The notes under the pieces were generated by a model, which was not told the origin of the DNA, searched no databases, and saw only the letters and a list, made by a program, of their open reading frames with translations. DNA of 24,000 nt from Blastocatellia bacterium. Lineage in GTDB: Bacteria > Acidobacteriota > Blastocatellia > Pyrinomonadales > Pyrinomonadaceae. The stretch lies in contig DNND01000024.1 of the NCBI GenBank assembly GCA_003488005.1, positions 1 to 24,000 on the forward strand, read 5' to 3'. Below, piece after piece: positions 14,899-21,709 of this stretch. Each line of letters starts with the position of its first letter. Position 1 is the first letter of the stretch. The translations under genes and the position numbers were made by a program.

Positions 14899-15026
14899 GC
14901 AGGGAGCGGTGAGCAGAAGGCAGACGGCAGACGGCAGACGGCAGGAACCAAAAACAGCAGTGAGCGGCGAGCCGAGAGGAGCGCGCTGCCCACTGCGCAC
15001 TGCCCACAGCTCACCGCCCACTGATC
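14894..15026. repeat. 19 in-phase heptamers filling the whole convergent intergenic space; the two halves are inverted
   Basis: AGTGAGC AGGGAGC GGTGAGC AGAAGGC (AGACGGC)x3 AGGAACC AAAAACA GCAGTGA GCGGCGA GCCGAGA GGAGCGC GCTGCCC ACTGCGC ACTGCCC ACAGCTC ACCGCCC ACTGATC. The first unit holds the BNR gene stop (TGA 14896-14898). The right-hand units are reverse complements of GTGAGC/GGGCAGT-type units, giving an imperfect long hairpin that may act as a bidirectional terminator. Confidence 0.85.
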
Positions 15027-15029
15027 TCG

Positions 15030-16022
15030 TTAATTCCGGTGTGCGCCGATGCGTCTCTCCACCAGGCTCTCGACGTTAAGGGGCGCGCCGTCGGCTTTGG
15101 CTTTGCGAATAAAGTCGCTGTCGATCTTGAAGATTTTCATCTTCACCAACTCCTCCACCGAAGGGTTCGCAATTCCCTCGTTGCGGACTGAGGCGATGAA
15201 TTCCGGCGTCACTTTGAAAATGCGCATCTGCACCAGGTCTTCGAACGACTGATTCGCATAACCCAGCTGCATCACCTGCGTGACAAAGCCGGCATTGATT
15301 TTGAAGATGCGCGCTTTCACCAACTCCTCCATACCGAGGTTGGGGAAACCACTTGCCTTCATCTCACGCGCAAACTTTGAATCGACTTTGAAGATGGCCG
15401 CTTTGAAAAGATCGTCGACGTCGAGTTTGCCTAAACCTACTGCAAGCAGGTCGTCGGCCTGGGCAGTAGTTACGTTCAGGACTGCGGCCGAGAACAATTT
15501 GTTTTCGGAATCGCGCTCATCGCCCCAGGTTCTGTCGTTCCTTTCAAAGTCGAAGCCGCGGCTCTTCATTCCCGATATAAAACTTTGATTTGCAGTAAAG
15601 CGGAAAGTGCCAACGCCCTTGCTGTTTTGAAAAGTTCCTTCGCAAACAACCGTGCCGGCTTCGCGCACCAGACTGAATTTGACCGGGCCGCCGCGCTCCA
15701 CTTGCTCACGCGTCAGACCTTGCAACTCGGAAAACGAATAGGTCTGGCCCATCTGGCTATGATGGCCATTCCTGGTTGGCCGCTCGAAGTTGAGATAAAT
15801 CCGGTCGCCCTTTACTTGCGCCTCAGACTCCTGATCGTCTGCGATCGTTTCCGGTTCATTAGATTTTTGCCGGTGCACTGACTTGGATTTTTCTCCACCG
15901 AGCGAGGCAGTCCAGTCGCCCGTCACTTCAGTTTGTGCGGCGGCAGCGTTACAACCGACGATGAAAACGAGAACAGCCAGACTAACAACCGAGCGCATTA
16001 GTAAATTCAAAATCTTTGACAT
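15030..16022 (-). CDS. Lipoprotein with about five tandem ~29-aa helical repeats (xELVKxRIFKvxxxFxxxxxxxG)
   Basis: Signal/lipobox MSKILNLLMRSVVSLAVLVFIVGC. C-terminal repeats: DDLFKAAIFKVDSKFAREMKASGF / EELVKARIFKINAGFVTQVMQLGY / EDLVQMRIFKVTPEFIASVRNEGI / EELVKMKIFKIDSDFIRKAKADGA. GAGG lies upstream of the ATG. Confidence 0.8.
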   Translation of the reverse strand: MSKILNLLMRSVVSLAVLVFIVGCNAAAAQTEVTGDWTASLGGEKSKSVHRQKSNEPETIADDQESEAQVKGDRIYLNFERPTRNGHHSQMGQTYSFSELQGLTREQVERGGPVKFSLVREAGTVVCEGTFQNSKGVGTFRFTANQSFISGMKSRGFDFERNDRTWGDERDSENKLFSAAVLNVTTAQADDLLAVGLGKLDVDDLFKAAIFKVDSKFAREMKASGFPNLGMEELVKARIFKINAGFVTQVMQLGYANQSFEDLVQMRIFKVTPEFIASVRNEGIANPSVEELVKMKIFKIDSDFIRKAKADGAPLNVESLVERRIGAHRN

Positions 16023-16156
16023 GGGAGCCTCACTTAAAAGGAAAATTGTTCGACAAATCCCGTTTGCCTGAACTGGCGATCATATGTTGGTCTTACAAAC
16101 TGAAAACACCGCGCGGCGGATGGTTGTGGCAAGAAAAATTCTGCGTCCGCAGATTT

Positions 16157-16249
16157 AATCGTAAAGCAAACTGTTAGTTTGCGGGGGCACCTGGCCATTC
16201 AAGTTGAGGCTGGCAGAACGACCGCAAGCTAACAGTTTGCTTTACGATT
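16157..16249. repeat. Palindromic element family B (28-bp arms, 37-nt loop)
   Basis: aatcgtaaagcaaactgttagtttgcgg (16157-16184) pairs with ccgcaagctaacagtttgctttacgatt (16222-16249), 27 of 28 complementary. Confidence 0.8.
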
Positions 16250-16252
16250 GGG

Positions 16253-16420
16253 CGCCTCGGTGGCATGAAGTCAGTAACTGCCTGGGGTAGCGAGTGGGTC
16301 TGAACTCTTCATTGCCAGATATCGATCGTCAGTTGGCCGCTCGTCAGCGGATGATGGGCAATTTTGCAATACGAAGAATCCACCCGCTGCCGCAGGCGGT
16401 ACTGACTTCATGCCACGGCG
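16253..16420. repeat. Inverted pair of REP-like family A cores (BIME/MITE-like)
   Basis: Left arm ggtggcatgaagtcagtaactgcctggggtagcgagtgggt. Right arm atccacccgctgccgcaggcggtactgacttcatgccacggcg. They are reverse complements with a few mismatches. The ~77-nt spacer contains the hairpin ccgct-cgtc-agcgg. Confidence 0.8.
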
Positions 16421-16560
16421 ATGAGAGAGATAACCGGTGTCGAAACATCGTGAGATTGTTCAATCGCATCATTGTCAGCCAATGACCGAGATTGACTTCG
16501 GCGCGGCTGATCAACTAGAAGTCTTTCGCCTTTATTATTTGACTCTGACGGGAGGTCGAA

Positions 16561-17145
16561 TTGCGCCACACAATAATCGTAGCCATTCTTTTTCTGATTG
16601 CCGGTTCGCATGGATTTGCGGGCCAGCCTGACGCCAATGCGCAGGCAAATCGGAGCGACGCTGGCTCGGTACAAACTGAGACGGAGTGGATCAAATTTGT
16701 TTCGCCCGAGGGCCGGTTTTCACTGCTCTTGCCGCGCATGCCGAAGGTCGACGTGGTGACCGATCCCACCGACCCAAAGCTGACACACAATAGATTCTCT
16801 GAACTCGAGGATGGTTACGGGTTTGTCATTGAAGCTTTTGATAACGTTCTTATTAGTGTCCCGGAAACCTATCTTGATGGCGCCAGCAAAGGGATTGTCG
16901 ACACGATTCATGGAAGCTTGATACGGGAAAACAAGATCAGTTTGGACGGTTACCCAGGGCGTGAATTGGAATTTTCATTAACGGCAAACGACGAAACCAC
17001 CTTCGCCGGTCGAACTCGACTCTATGCAGTTGGTAATAGTTTTTATAGCATGTCTTTCGTATGGCGGACGGATATCGACAAGACGCAAGCTTCCAAAATC
17101 GGCGACAAATACTTCTCGTCGATAAAGATCCATCCGCCTAAATAA
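16561..17145 (+). CDS. Hypothetical secreted protein
   Basis: TTG start at 16561 with a strong SD (GGGAGG, 5-nt spacer). Signal peptide MRHTIIVAILFLIAGSHGFAG. No recognisable catalytic motif. Confidence 0.65.
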   Translation: MRHTIIVAILFLIAGSHGFAGQPDANAQANRSDAGSVQTETEWIKFVSPEGRFSLLLPRMPKVDVVTDPTDPKLTHNRFSELEDGYGFVIEAFDNVLISVPETYLDGASKGIVDTIHGSLIRENKISLDGYPGRELEFSLTANDETTFAGRTRLYAVGNSFYSMSFVWRTDIDKTQASKIGDKYFSSIKIHPPK

Positions 17146-17231
17146 CTATTGTTGGAAGTTTTGTTATCGTTTGACTTAAGGCCGGGTACAAAATTTGGGA
17201 TAACAGGATCGGCGGGAGGAAGTGAATTGCG

Positions 17232-17804
17232 ATGGCGCTGATTGGTGCCAACGAACTAAAACGGAAACTGTTAATTGCGGTTGAAGGACAGCCATACGTG
17301 GTGCTGGAAGTCTTTTTCGCTTCGCCGACCGCACGTGGCGCCGCCACCATGGTGCGGACCAAGCTGCGCCACCTGTTGACGGGCGCGGTGATGGAAAAAA
17401 ACTTTCGTTCGAGTGAAAAGTTTGATGAGCCGGATGTTGAGTTTGCGCCTGCGTCTTTTCTTTACAGCGATGCGAACGGTTATCACTTCATGGATGAGAA
17501 GAATTACGAGCAGTTTGTTTTTTCGGCGGAAGATGTCGGCAGCGATCGCGACTATCTGAAGGAAGGCGTATCGTTGCAGGTGTTGAAATATAACGGCGCG
17601 GCGGTGTCGCTGCGATTGCCGCAATACGTCGAGCTTGCAGTCGTTTCGACAGAGCTTGGGTTGCGCGGGGATACAGCATCAGGCGGAGCGACTAAGCAGG
17701 CGACGCTCGAAACAGGTTTAGTGGGACGGGTGCCGCTTTTCATCAAGGAAGGCGAGCTGGTGCGGGTGAATACGCAAACGGGCGAGGTGGCGGGGCGGGC
17801 GTGA
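17232..17804 (+). CDS. efpL: Elongation factor P-like protein (YeiP/EfpL subfamily)
   Basis: EF-P architecture of 190 aa. The loop sequence SPTARGAATMVRTKL matches the YeiP signature SPTARGAATLYKMRF (E. coli YeiP, from memory) rather than the KPGKGQA loop of canonical EF-P. Confidence 0.85.
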   Translation: MALIGANELKRKLLIAVEGQPYVVLEVFFASPTARGAATMVRTKLRHLLTGAVMEKNFRSSEKFDEPDVEFAPASFLYSDANGYHFMDEKNYEQFVFSAEDVGSDRDYLKEGVSLQVLKYNGAAVSLRLPQYVELAVVSTELGLRGDTASGGATKQATLETGLVGRVPLFIKEGELVRVNTQTGEVAGRA

Positions 17805-17813
17805 ATTTGGATT

Positions 17814-17837
17814 GCGCTGGCTTGACAGCGCTTTTCG
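17814..17837 (+). terminator. Candidate intrinsic terminator of efpL
   Basis: gcgctg-gcttga-cagcgc followed by ttttcg, 10 nt after the stop codon. The stem is short (6 bp). Confidence 0.45.
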
Positions 17838-17896
17838 CCAACGCTTAAGGACCTTTTAGAAATACAAGTCTACTGTTGGGTTGAATTGAGGATTGG

Positions 17897-17921
17897 CACA
17901 AAAGCGGCGTCAGGCCGCCGC
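17897..17921 (-). terminator. Candidate intrinsic terminator of the CBS gene
   Basis: The minus strand reads gcggcg-gcctga-cgccgc followed by ttttgtg, 9 nt after the stop codon. Confidence 0.55.
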
Positions 17922-17930
17922 ACTCCAAAA

Positions 17931-18614
17931 TTACCAGTCTTCTTTGGCGATGTAGTTGAGAACGGATTTGATTGAGGCGACGGCGTAGCTGCCGTCGCTT
18001 TTTCTTACGGGCAAATGACGATAGCGGCCTACTGACATCCTGTTTAGGGCCTCGGCCACGGAGTCTTTTTCGTGAAGCGTCTCAGGGTTGCCGCTCATCA
18101 GTTGTGCAATGGGCACCTCAAAGCCGGGAGGGACCCGAACGCCGGTGGCCACATTAGTCTCTTGAATTTGGGCAAATTCCATTTCGTCGGCGCGCAGCTC
18201 TTCGAGGGGAATTTCGGTGGCTGGGATTTGATTCGCGGGAAGCTCGTCGGGAAACGCTGTTCGCGCGTTGCGCTCATTTGCGGGCGAGACGCCCGCGATC
18301 CCAGTACCAGAAGTCAGGCGCAGCAGCACGTCGTGTTCGGTAAAGATGCCGACGAGCTTGCCGCCGTCGACTATCAACGCGCAACCGGTGTTGGCGTGCT
18401 TCATTTGGCGCGTAACATCGCTGGCCAACGTATTTGGCGCCACACAGACCGGCGGCTCGTATTCCAGCCGGCCCAAATTATCTTCCATTACGGATTGCGC
18501 AAAACTTTCGGAAGCCTCGATGCTGGGAATGTCGAGTTGGCGAAACGGTGCCAGACAATTTTCGCAACGGTCAATGCCGTCAATGTTTTCGTGGCCACAG
18601 GAAGGACAGTTCAT
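17931..18614 (-). CDS. Zinc-ribbon plus CBS-domain protein
   Basis: N-terminal CPSCGHENIDGIDRCENC (CxxC...CxxC). CBS-type segments LVGIFTEHDVLLRL and HLPVRKSDGSYAVASIKSVLNYI. Confidence 0.85.
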   Translation of the reverse strand: MNCPSCGHENIDGIDRCENCLAPFRQLDIPSIEASESFAQSVMEDNLGRLEYEPPVCVAPNTLASDVTRQMKHANTGCALIVDGGKLVGIFTEHDVLLRLTSGTGIAGVSPANERNARTAFPDELPANQIPATEIPLEELRADEMEFAQIQETNVATGVRVPPGFEVPIAQLMSGNPETLHEKDSVAEALNRMSVGRYRHLPVRKSDGSYAVASIKSVLNYIAKEDW

Positions 18615-18615
18615 A

Positions 18616-19008
18616 TCAATGGTGAAGTGCGGAATGCGGAGTGCGGATTGGTGCTAATTTATTTTGACGTGCTGTTCTGATTGAAGCGACAGTAATTGCG
18701 ACAATCTGATGTACCTCATCCAACAGATCGTCAACACGAGCCTTTTCGATCAAACCAGAATCCACGAGTAATTCTATCCAATAGATTATTTCGTCAGCCT
18801 CTTCTTCAACTATACCCATTTTGGCAATGAAGTCGGCCCGCGATTTAGCCCGGCATGAGGCCCTGTAGTTTGCGCCAACCGAAGTTCCGCAGCGCAACAG
18901 TTGTTTGCTGATTACATCGCATGCCTTACCAGAGGGAAGGGACTCAACGAGTCGAATGATTCTAAGAGCGAGTGCTCTCGTTCGCTGTTTCATCTCATCA
19001 GAGTTCAT
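18616..19008 (-). CDS. Four-helix-bundle protein (23S rRNA intervening-sequence protein family, PF05635-like)
   Basis: ALRIIRLVESLPSGKACDVISKQLLRCGTSVGANYRASCRAKSRADFIAKMGIVEEEADEIIYWIELL matches the family pattern. The ATG at 19008 (MNSDEMKQ) is preferred, because the track start at 19062 overlaps korB and reads through a heptamer array. The last ~12 codons are also encoded by a heptamer array. Confidence 0.85.
   Translation of the reverse strand: MNSDEMKQRTRALALRIIRLVESLPSGKACDVISKQLLRCGTSVGANYRASCRAKSRADFIAKMGIVEEEADEIIYWIELLVDSGLIEKARVDDLLDEVHQIVAITVASIRTARQNKLAPIRTPHSALHH
18622..18656. repeat. Heptamer array forming the left inverted repeat of the four-helix cassette
   Basis: GTGAAGT GCGGAAT GCGGAGT GCGGATT GGTGCTA. 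Confidence 0.85.
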
Positions 19009-19016
19009 TTGCTTGA

Positions 19017-19051
19017 AATCCGCAATCCGAAATCCGCATTCCGCAATTACT
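19017..19051. repeat. Heptamer array forming the right inverted repeat of the four-helix cassette
   Basis: AATCCGC AATCCGA AATCCGC ATTCCGC AATTACT. The reverse complement matches 18629-18649 at 19 of 21 positions. The korB stop codon (TAA 19047-19049, minus strand) lies in the last unit. Confidence 0.85.
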
Positions 19052-20168
19052 GCACGACCCAAGTATCGCCGCTGTTGATTAGTTTTTCCAAACTGCCTGG
19101 GCCAACTTTGGCAATCGCAGCCTCGATTTGATCGACCATCAACTCTTCATAGCTTGGCCGTTCGACGGCGCGAAAGATGCCGACCGGCTGCGGAAAGTCC
19201 GGCTGCTCCATGCGTGCCAGCATGAAAGCCACGGAAGGGTCTTGCAAATAGATGTCATGGACCAGCAGATCGTCTTCATTGATGCCGTTCTCGCCAATAG
19301 TCACCACTTCCGGATGCGCGCCGTTCATGCGAATGCCTTTGTTCCGATCCTTACCGTAAATCATCGGCTTGCCGTGTTCGAGATAAAGCACGCGATCGGT
19401 GCGCACGCTGCGTTCGGCAAATGAATCGAACGCATGATCGTTAAAGATGTTGCAGTTTTGATAGACCTCGATGAAAGAGATGCCCTTGTGTTTTGCCGCC
19501 GCCTCAACCACGGTGCCAAGATGTTTGACATCAATATCGATTGAGCGCGCCACAAAGGTCGATTCGCTGGCGATGGCCAGGGAAAGCGGATTGATAGGAT
19601 AGTCAACTGCCCCCATCGGACTCGACTTCGTTTTCTTGCCAAACTCGGAAGTCGGACTGTACTGGCCCTTAGTCAAACCATAGATGCGGTTGTTGAAAAG
19701 TATGTAATTGATGTCGAGGTTGCGGCGAATGGCGTGCATGAAATGGTTGCCGCCAATAGAAAGCGCATCGCCGTCGCCGGTGATTACCCAGACGCTCAAG
19801 TCGGGGTTCGCACACTTAATGCCGGTGGCAACCGCCGGGGCGCGGCCATGAATCGAGTGAAAGCCATAAGTGTTCATGTAATAAGGAAAGCGCGAAGAGC
19901 AACCGATGCCGGAAACGAAAACGATCTTTTCGCGCGGCACGCCGAGTTCGGGCATGACTTTCTGCACGTTGTTGAGGATTGCGTAATCGCCGCAGCCAGG
20001 GCACCAGCGCACTTCCTGATCGGAAACGAAGTCAGACTTTTTCAGTTGTCCCGGCGGCGGCGCAATCTTTCCTGATACCGCAGACCCGCCTTCGCTCTCG
20101 GCAGAGATGCTGGCTTCGACCGGCGTCGTGTTGCCGTTGCCACTAAGACCATTTCCGTTTGTGCTCAT
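19047..20168 (-). CDS. korB: 2-oxoglutarate:ferredoxin (2-oxoacid:acceptor) oxidoreductase, beta subunit
   Basis: RWCPGCGDYAIL, the TPP-binding region VITGDGDALSIGGNH, and YILFNNRIYGLTKGQ. The ATG at 20168 (MSTNGNG) with AGGAG upstream is preferred; the track start at 20288 overlaps the Uma2 gene. Confidence 0.92.
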   Translation of the reverse strand: MSTNGNGLSGNGNTTPVEASISAESEGGSAVSGKIAPPPGQLKKSDFVSDQEVRWCPGCGDYAILNNVQKVMPELGVPREKIVFVSGIGCSSRFPYYMNTYGFHSIHGRAPAVATGIKCANPDLSVWVITGDGDALSIGGNHFMHAIRRNLDINYILFNNRIYGLTKGQYSPTSEFGKKTKSSPMGAVDYPINPLSLAIASESTFVARSIDIDVKHLGTVVEAAAKHKGISFIEVYQNCNIFNDHAFDSFAERSVRTDRVLYLEHGKPMIYGKDRNKGIRMNGAHPEVVTIGENGINEDDLLVHDIYLQDPSVAFMLARMEQPDFPQPVGIFRAVERPSYEELMVDQIEAAIAKVGPGSLEKLINSGDTWVVQ

Positions 20169-20196
20169 GAATGCTCCTGTTTGTTCTTCTTGAAGA

Positions 20197-20748
20197 CTAA
20201 GCAAATATTTCTTCGATTTGTATCCGGAAACCTGGCAAAACATCTCCACCATCGAGCAGATCGTTTTCGGTAAACGCGGAAATATCATTTAACGAGCGGT
20301 AAACGGTCACGCTGCGCATGCTTGGACTAACGACCCACACCTGTTGGGTTCCAGCAGCCAACCACTCTGAAACCTTTTCTTCGACTTCGCCGACGGTGTC
20401 GTTCGGACTTAATACTTCCACGGCAAGATCGGGCGGGCCGGGCCAGTAACCTTTGGTTTTCCCAATCTCGTCAACTCGTTTTCGACGAACAAATGCGATG
20501 TCTGGTGCACGCACCGTATCGGGATTGGAACTGAGCTTGAAACCAGTTTCGGCTGCGTATACTTCTCCCAAATTATGTTTTTGCACATGCAGCGCAAGGG
20601 GCAGGGTTAGACGAATTATGATCCTGCCATGATTATGTCCCGCTGGTGACATCTTCTTTAGTTCTCCATTGACGAGTTCGTAACGAAACTCGCCTCGAGG
20701 TAAAGCCAGAAGCTCATCAGCGGTCATGAGTTGTACTTCGGTGCTCAT
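20197..20748 (-). CDS. Uma2 family (DUF820) restriction-endonuclease-fold protein
   Basis: MTADELLALP..FRYELVNGEL..MSPAGHNHGRI...APDIAFV......PPDLAVEVLSPND...KV.EWL.AG....WVV.P is the typical Uma2 pattern with a PD...(D/E)xL core. ATG at 20748. Confidence 0.85.
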   Translation of the reverse strand: MSTEVQLMTADELLALPRGEFRYELVNGELKKMSPAGHNHGRIIIRLTLPLALHVQKHNLGEVYAAETGFKLSSNPDTVRAPDIAFVRRKRVDEIGKTKGYWPGPPDLAVEVLSPNDTVGEVEEKVSEWLAAGTQQVWVVSPSMRSVTVYRSLNDISAFTENDLLDGGDVLPGFRIQIEEIFA

Positions 20749-20801
20749 ATTTCTTGAACGTACACCTCGCGGGGTAGGGTAACCCGCAATCATTCATCAA
20801 C

Positions 20802-21440
20802 TTAATCTTTCGGATTTTGCTTGACTGCGTCGTACAAGTCTAAAAACTTTGCCCTCACGTACGGGTCAAGTTGTTCGGCGAATTCAGCCGTCAATGCGCG
20901 AACCTTGATCAATTCCTGCACGTCGGCCAGATCTTTCAACCGGTCTGGCGCGGTCATGCCGGAAGCGAGTTTCAGTTCTATTAATTTCTCAAGCGTGACG
21001 AAACGCACGCCATCGATCTCAACAGCACCAGTCTGCGGGTCGGGCACGCTAACCGGTTTTGGTTTGCCGTCGCCGGGATATTCACCAGTCGTGATTACGT
21101 TAATCATGACACCCTGCTGAACAGACCGCACGCTTTTGTTAGAGCCGAAAACTGGATCGTAATTAGATAATGTTAGGGGCGCTTTTCCGCCGACAGGAGT
21201 GACGAATCGGTTTAATCCTTCAGCGGTCAACACAATATCGATGTTGTCAGTGACGCGTCGGAGGCCATGGGCGAACAATGCGACACCTCCAATCACGACA
21301 TAGTCGATGGCATGACTTTTCAAATCTGCCACTAGTTGCTCGAGAGTAATATGAAGGGGGCCCGTTCCCGCGAGGTATTGACATGCTTCGTCATAAGCTT
21401 CAGAAACAGATAGCGTAGATTTAGCTGCGGTAATCGTCAT
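20802..21440 (-). CDS. Nucleotidyltransferase-fold protein (minimal NTase, AbiEii/MNT-like)
   Basis: YVVIGGVALFAHGLRRVTDNIDIVL fits the GG-x-A...G-x-R-x-T-x-D-I-D NTase pattern. The C-terminal KDLADVQELI is typical of this group. The start is ATG at 21440 or TTG at 21458. Confidence 0.6.
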   Translation of the reverse strand: MTITAAKSTLSVSEAYDEACQYLAGTGPLHITLEQLVADLKSHAIDYVVIGGVALFAHGLRRVTDNIDIVLTAEGLNRFVTPVGGKAPLTLSNYDPVFGSNKSVRSVQQGVMINVITTGEYPGDGKPKPVSVPDPQTGAVEIDGVRFVTLEKLIELKLASGMTAPDRLKDLADVQELIKVRALTAEFAEQLDPYVRAKFLDLYDAVKQNPKD

Positions 21441-21480
21441 GAATGTTGTTTCGACCAACTGAAGGAACCTTTGATCAAGC

Positions 21481-21675
21481 TCTTCGACGCGTAGCGTCGG
21501 TAGAGTTTAGCCCGGCGTTTCAACGCCGGGTTCAATTCGAAATGTGTCCCCCGTCGCGTAGCGATGGCCGATAATACCGCTGATTTCGGGCGTCGCTACG
21601 CGACGCGAACGCCTCGTTGACTGCTCCCGGCCTTGAAAGGCCGGGCTAAATTCTACCGACGCTACGCGTCGAAGA
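21481..21675. mobile_element. Nested palindromic element (family D): ~35-bp outer inverted repeats enclosing three hairpins
   Basis: Outer arms tcttcgacgcgtagcgtcggtagagtttagcccgg and ccgggctaaattctaccgacgctacgcgtcgaaga. Inner hairpins: cccggcg-tttcaa-cgccggg (21511-21530), cgtcgcgtagcga...tcgctacgcgacg (21552-21605) and cccggcc-ttgaaa-ggccggg (21626-21645). Confidence 0.7.
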
Positions 21676-21709
21676 AATTAATCAGAGCTTCCTGAAGATT
21701 GCCGGACAT

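Noticed and set aside
14744-15079. Four short overlapping ORFs (60-90 aa) across the BNR/lipoprotein intergenic region
   Set aside because: They are products of stop-free heptamer repeats in several frames. They have no RBS and overlap the ends of two strong CDSs.
18072-18680. 202-aa and 129-aa plus-strand ORFs antisense to the CBS gene
   Set aside because: The opposite strand has recognisable zinc-ribbon and CBS motifs, whereas these frames have no motifs and run into the heptamer repeat.
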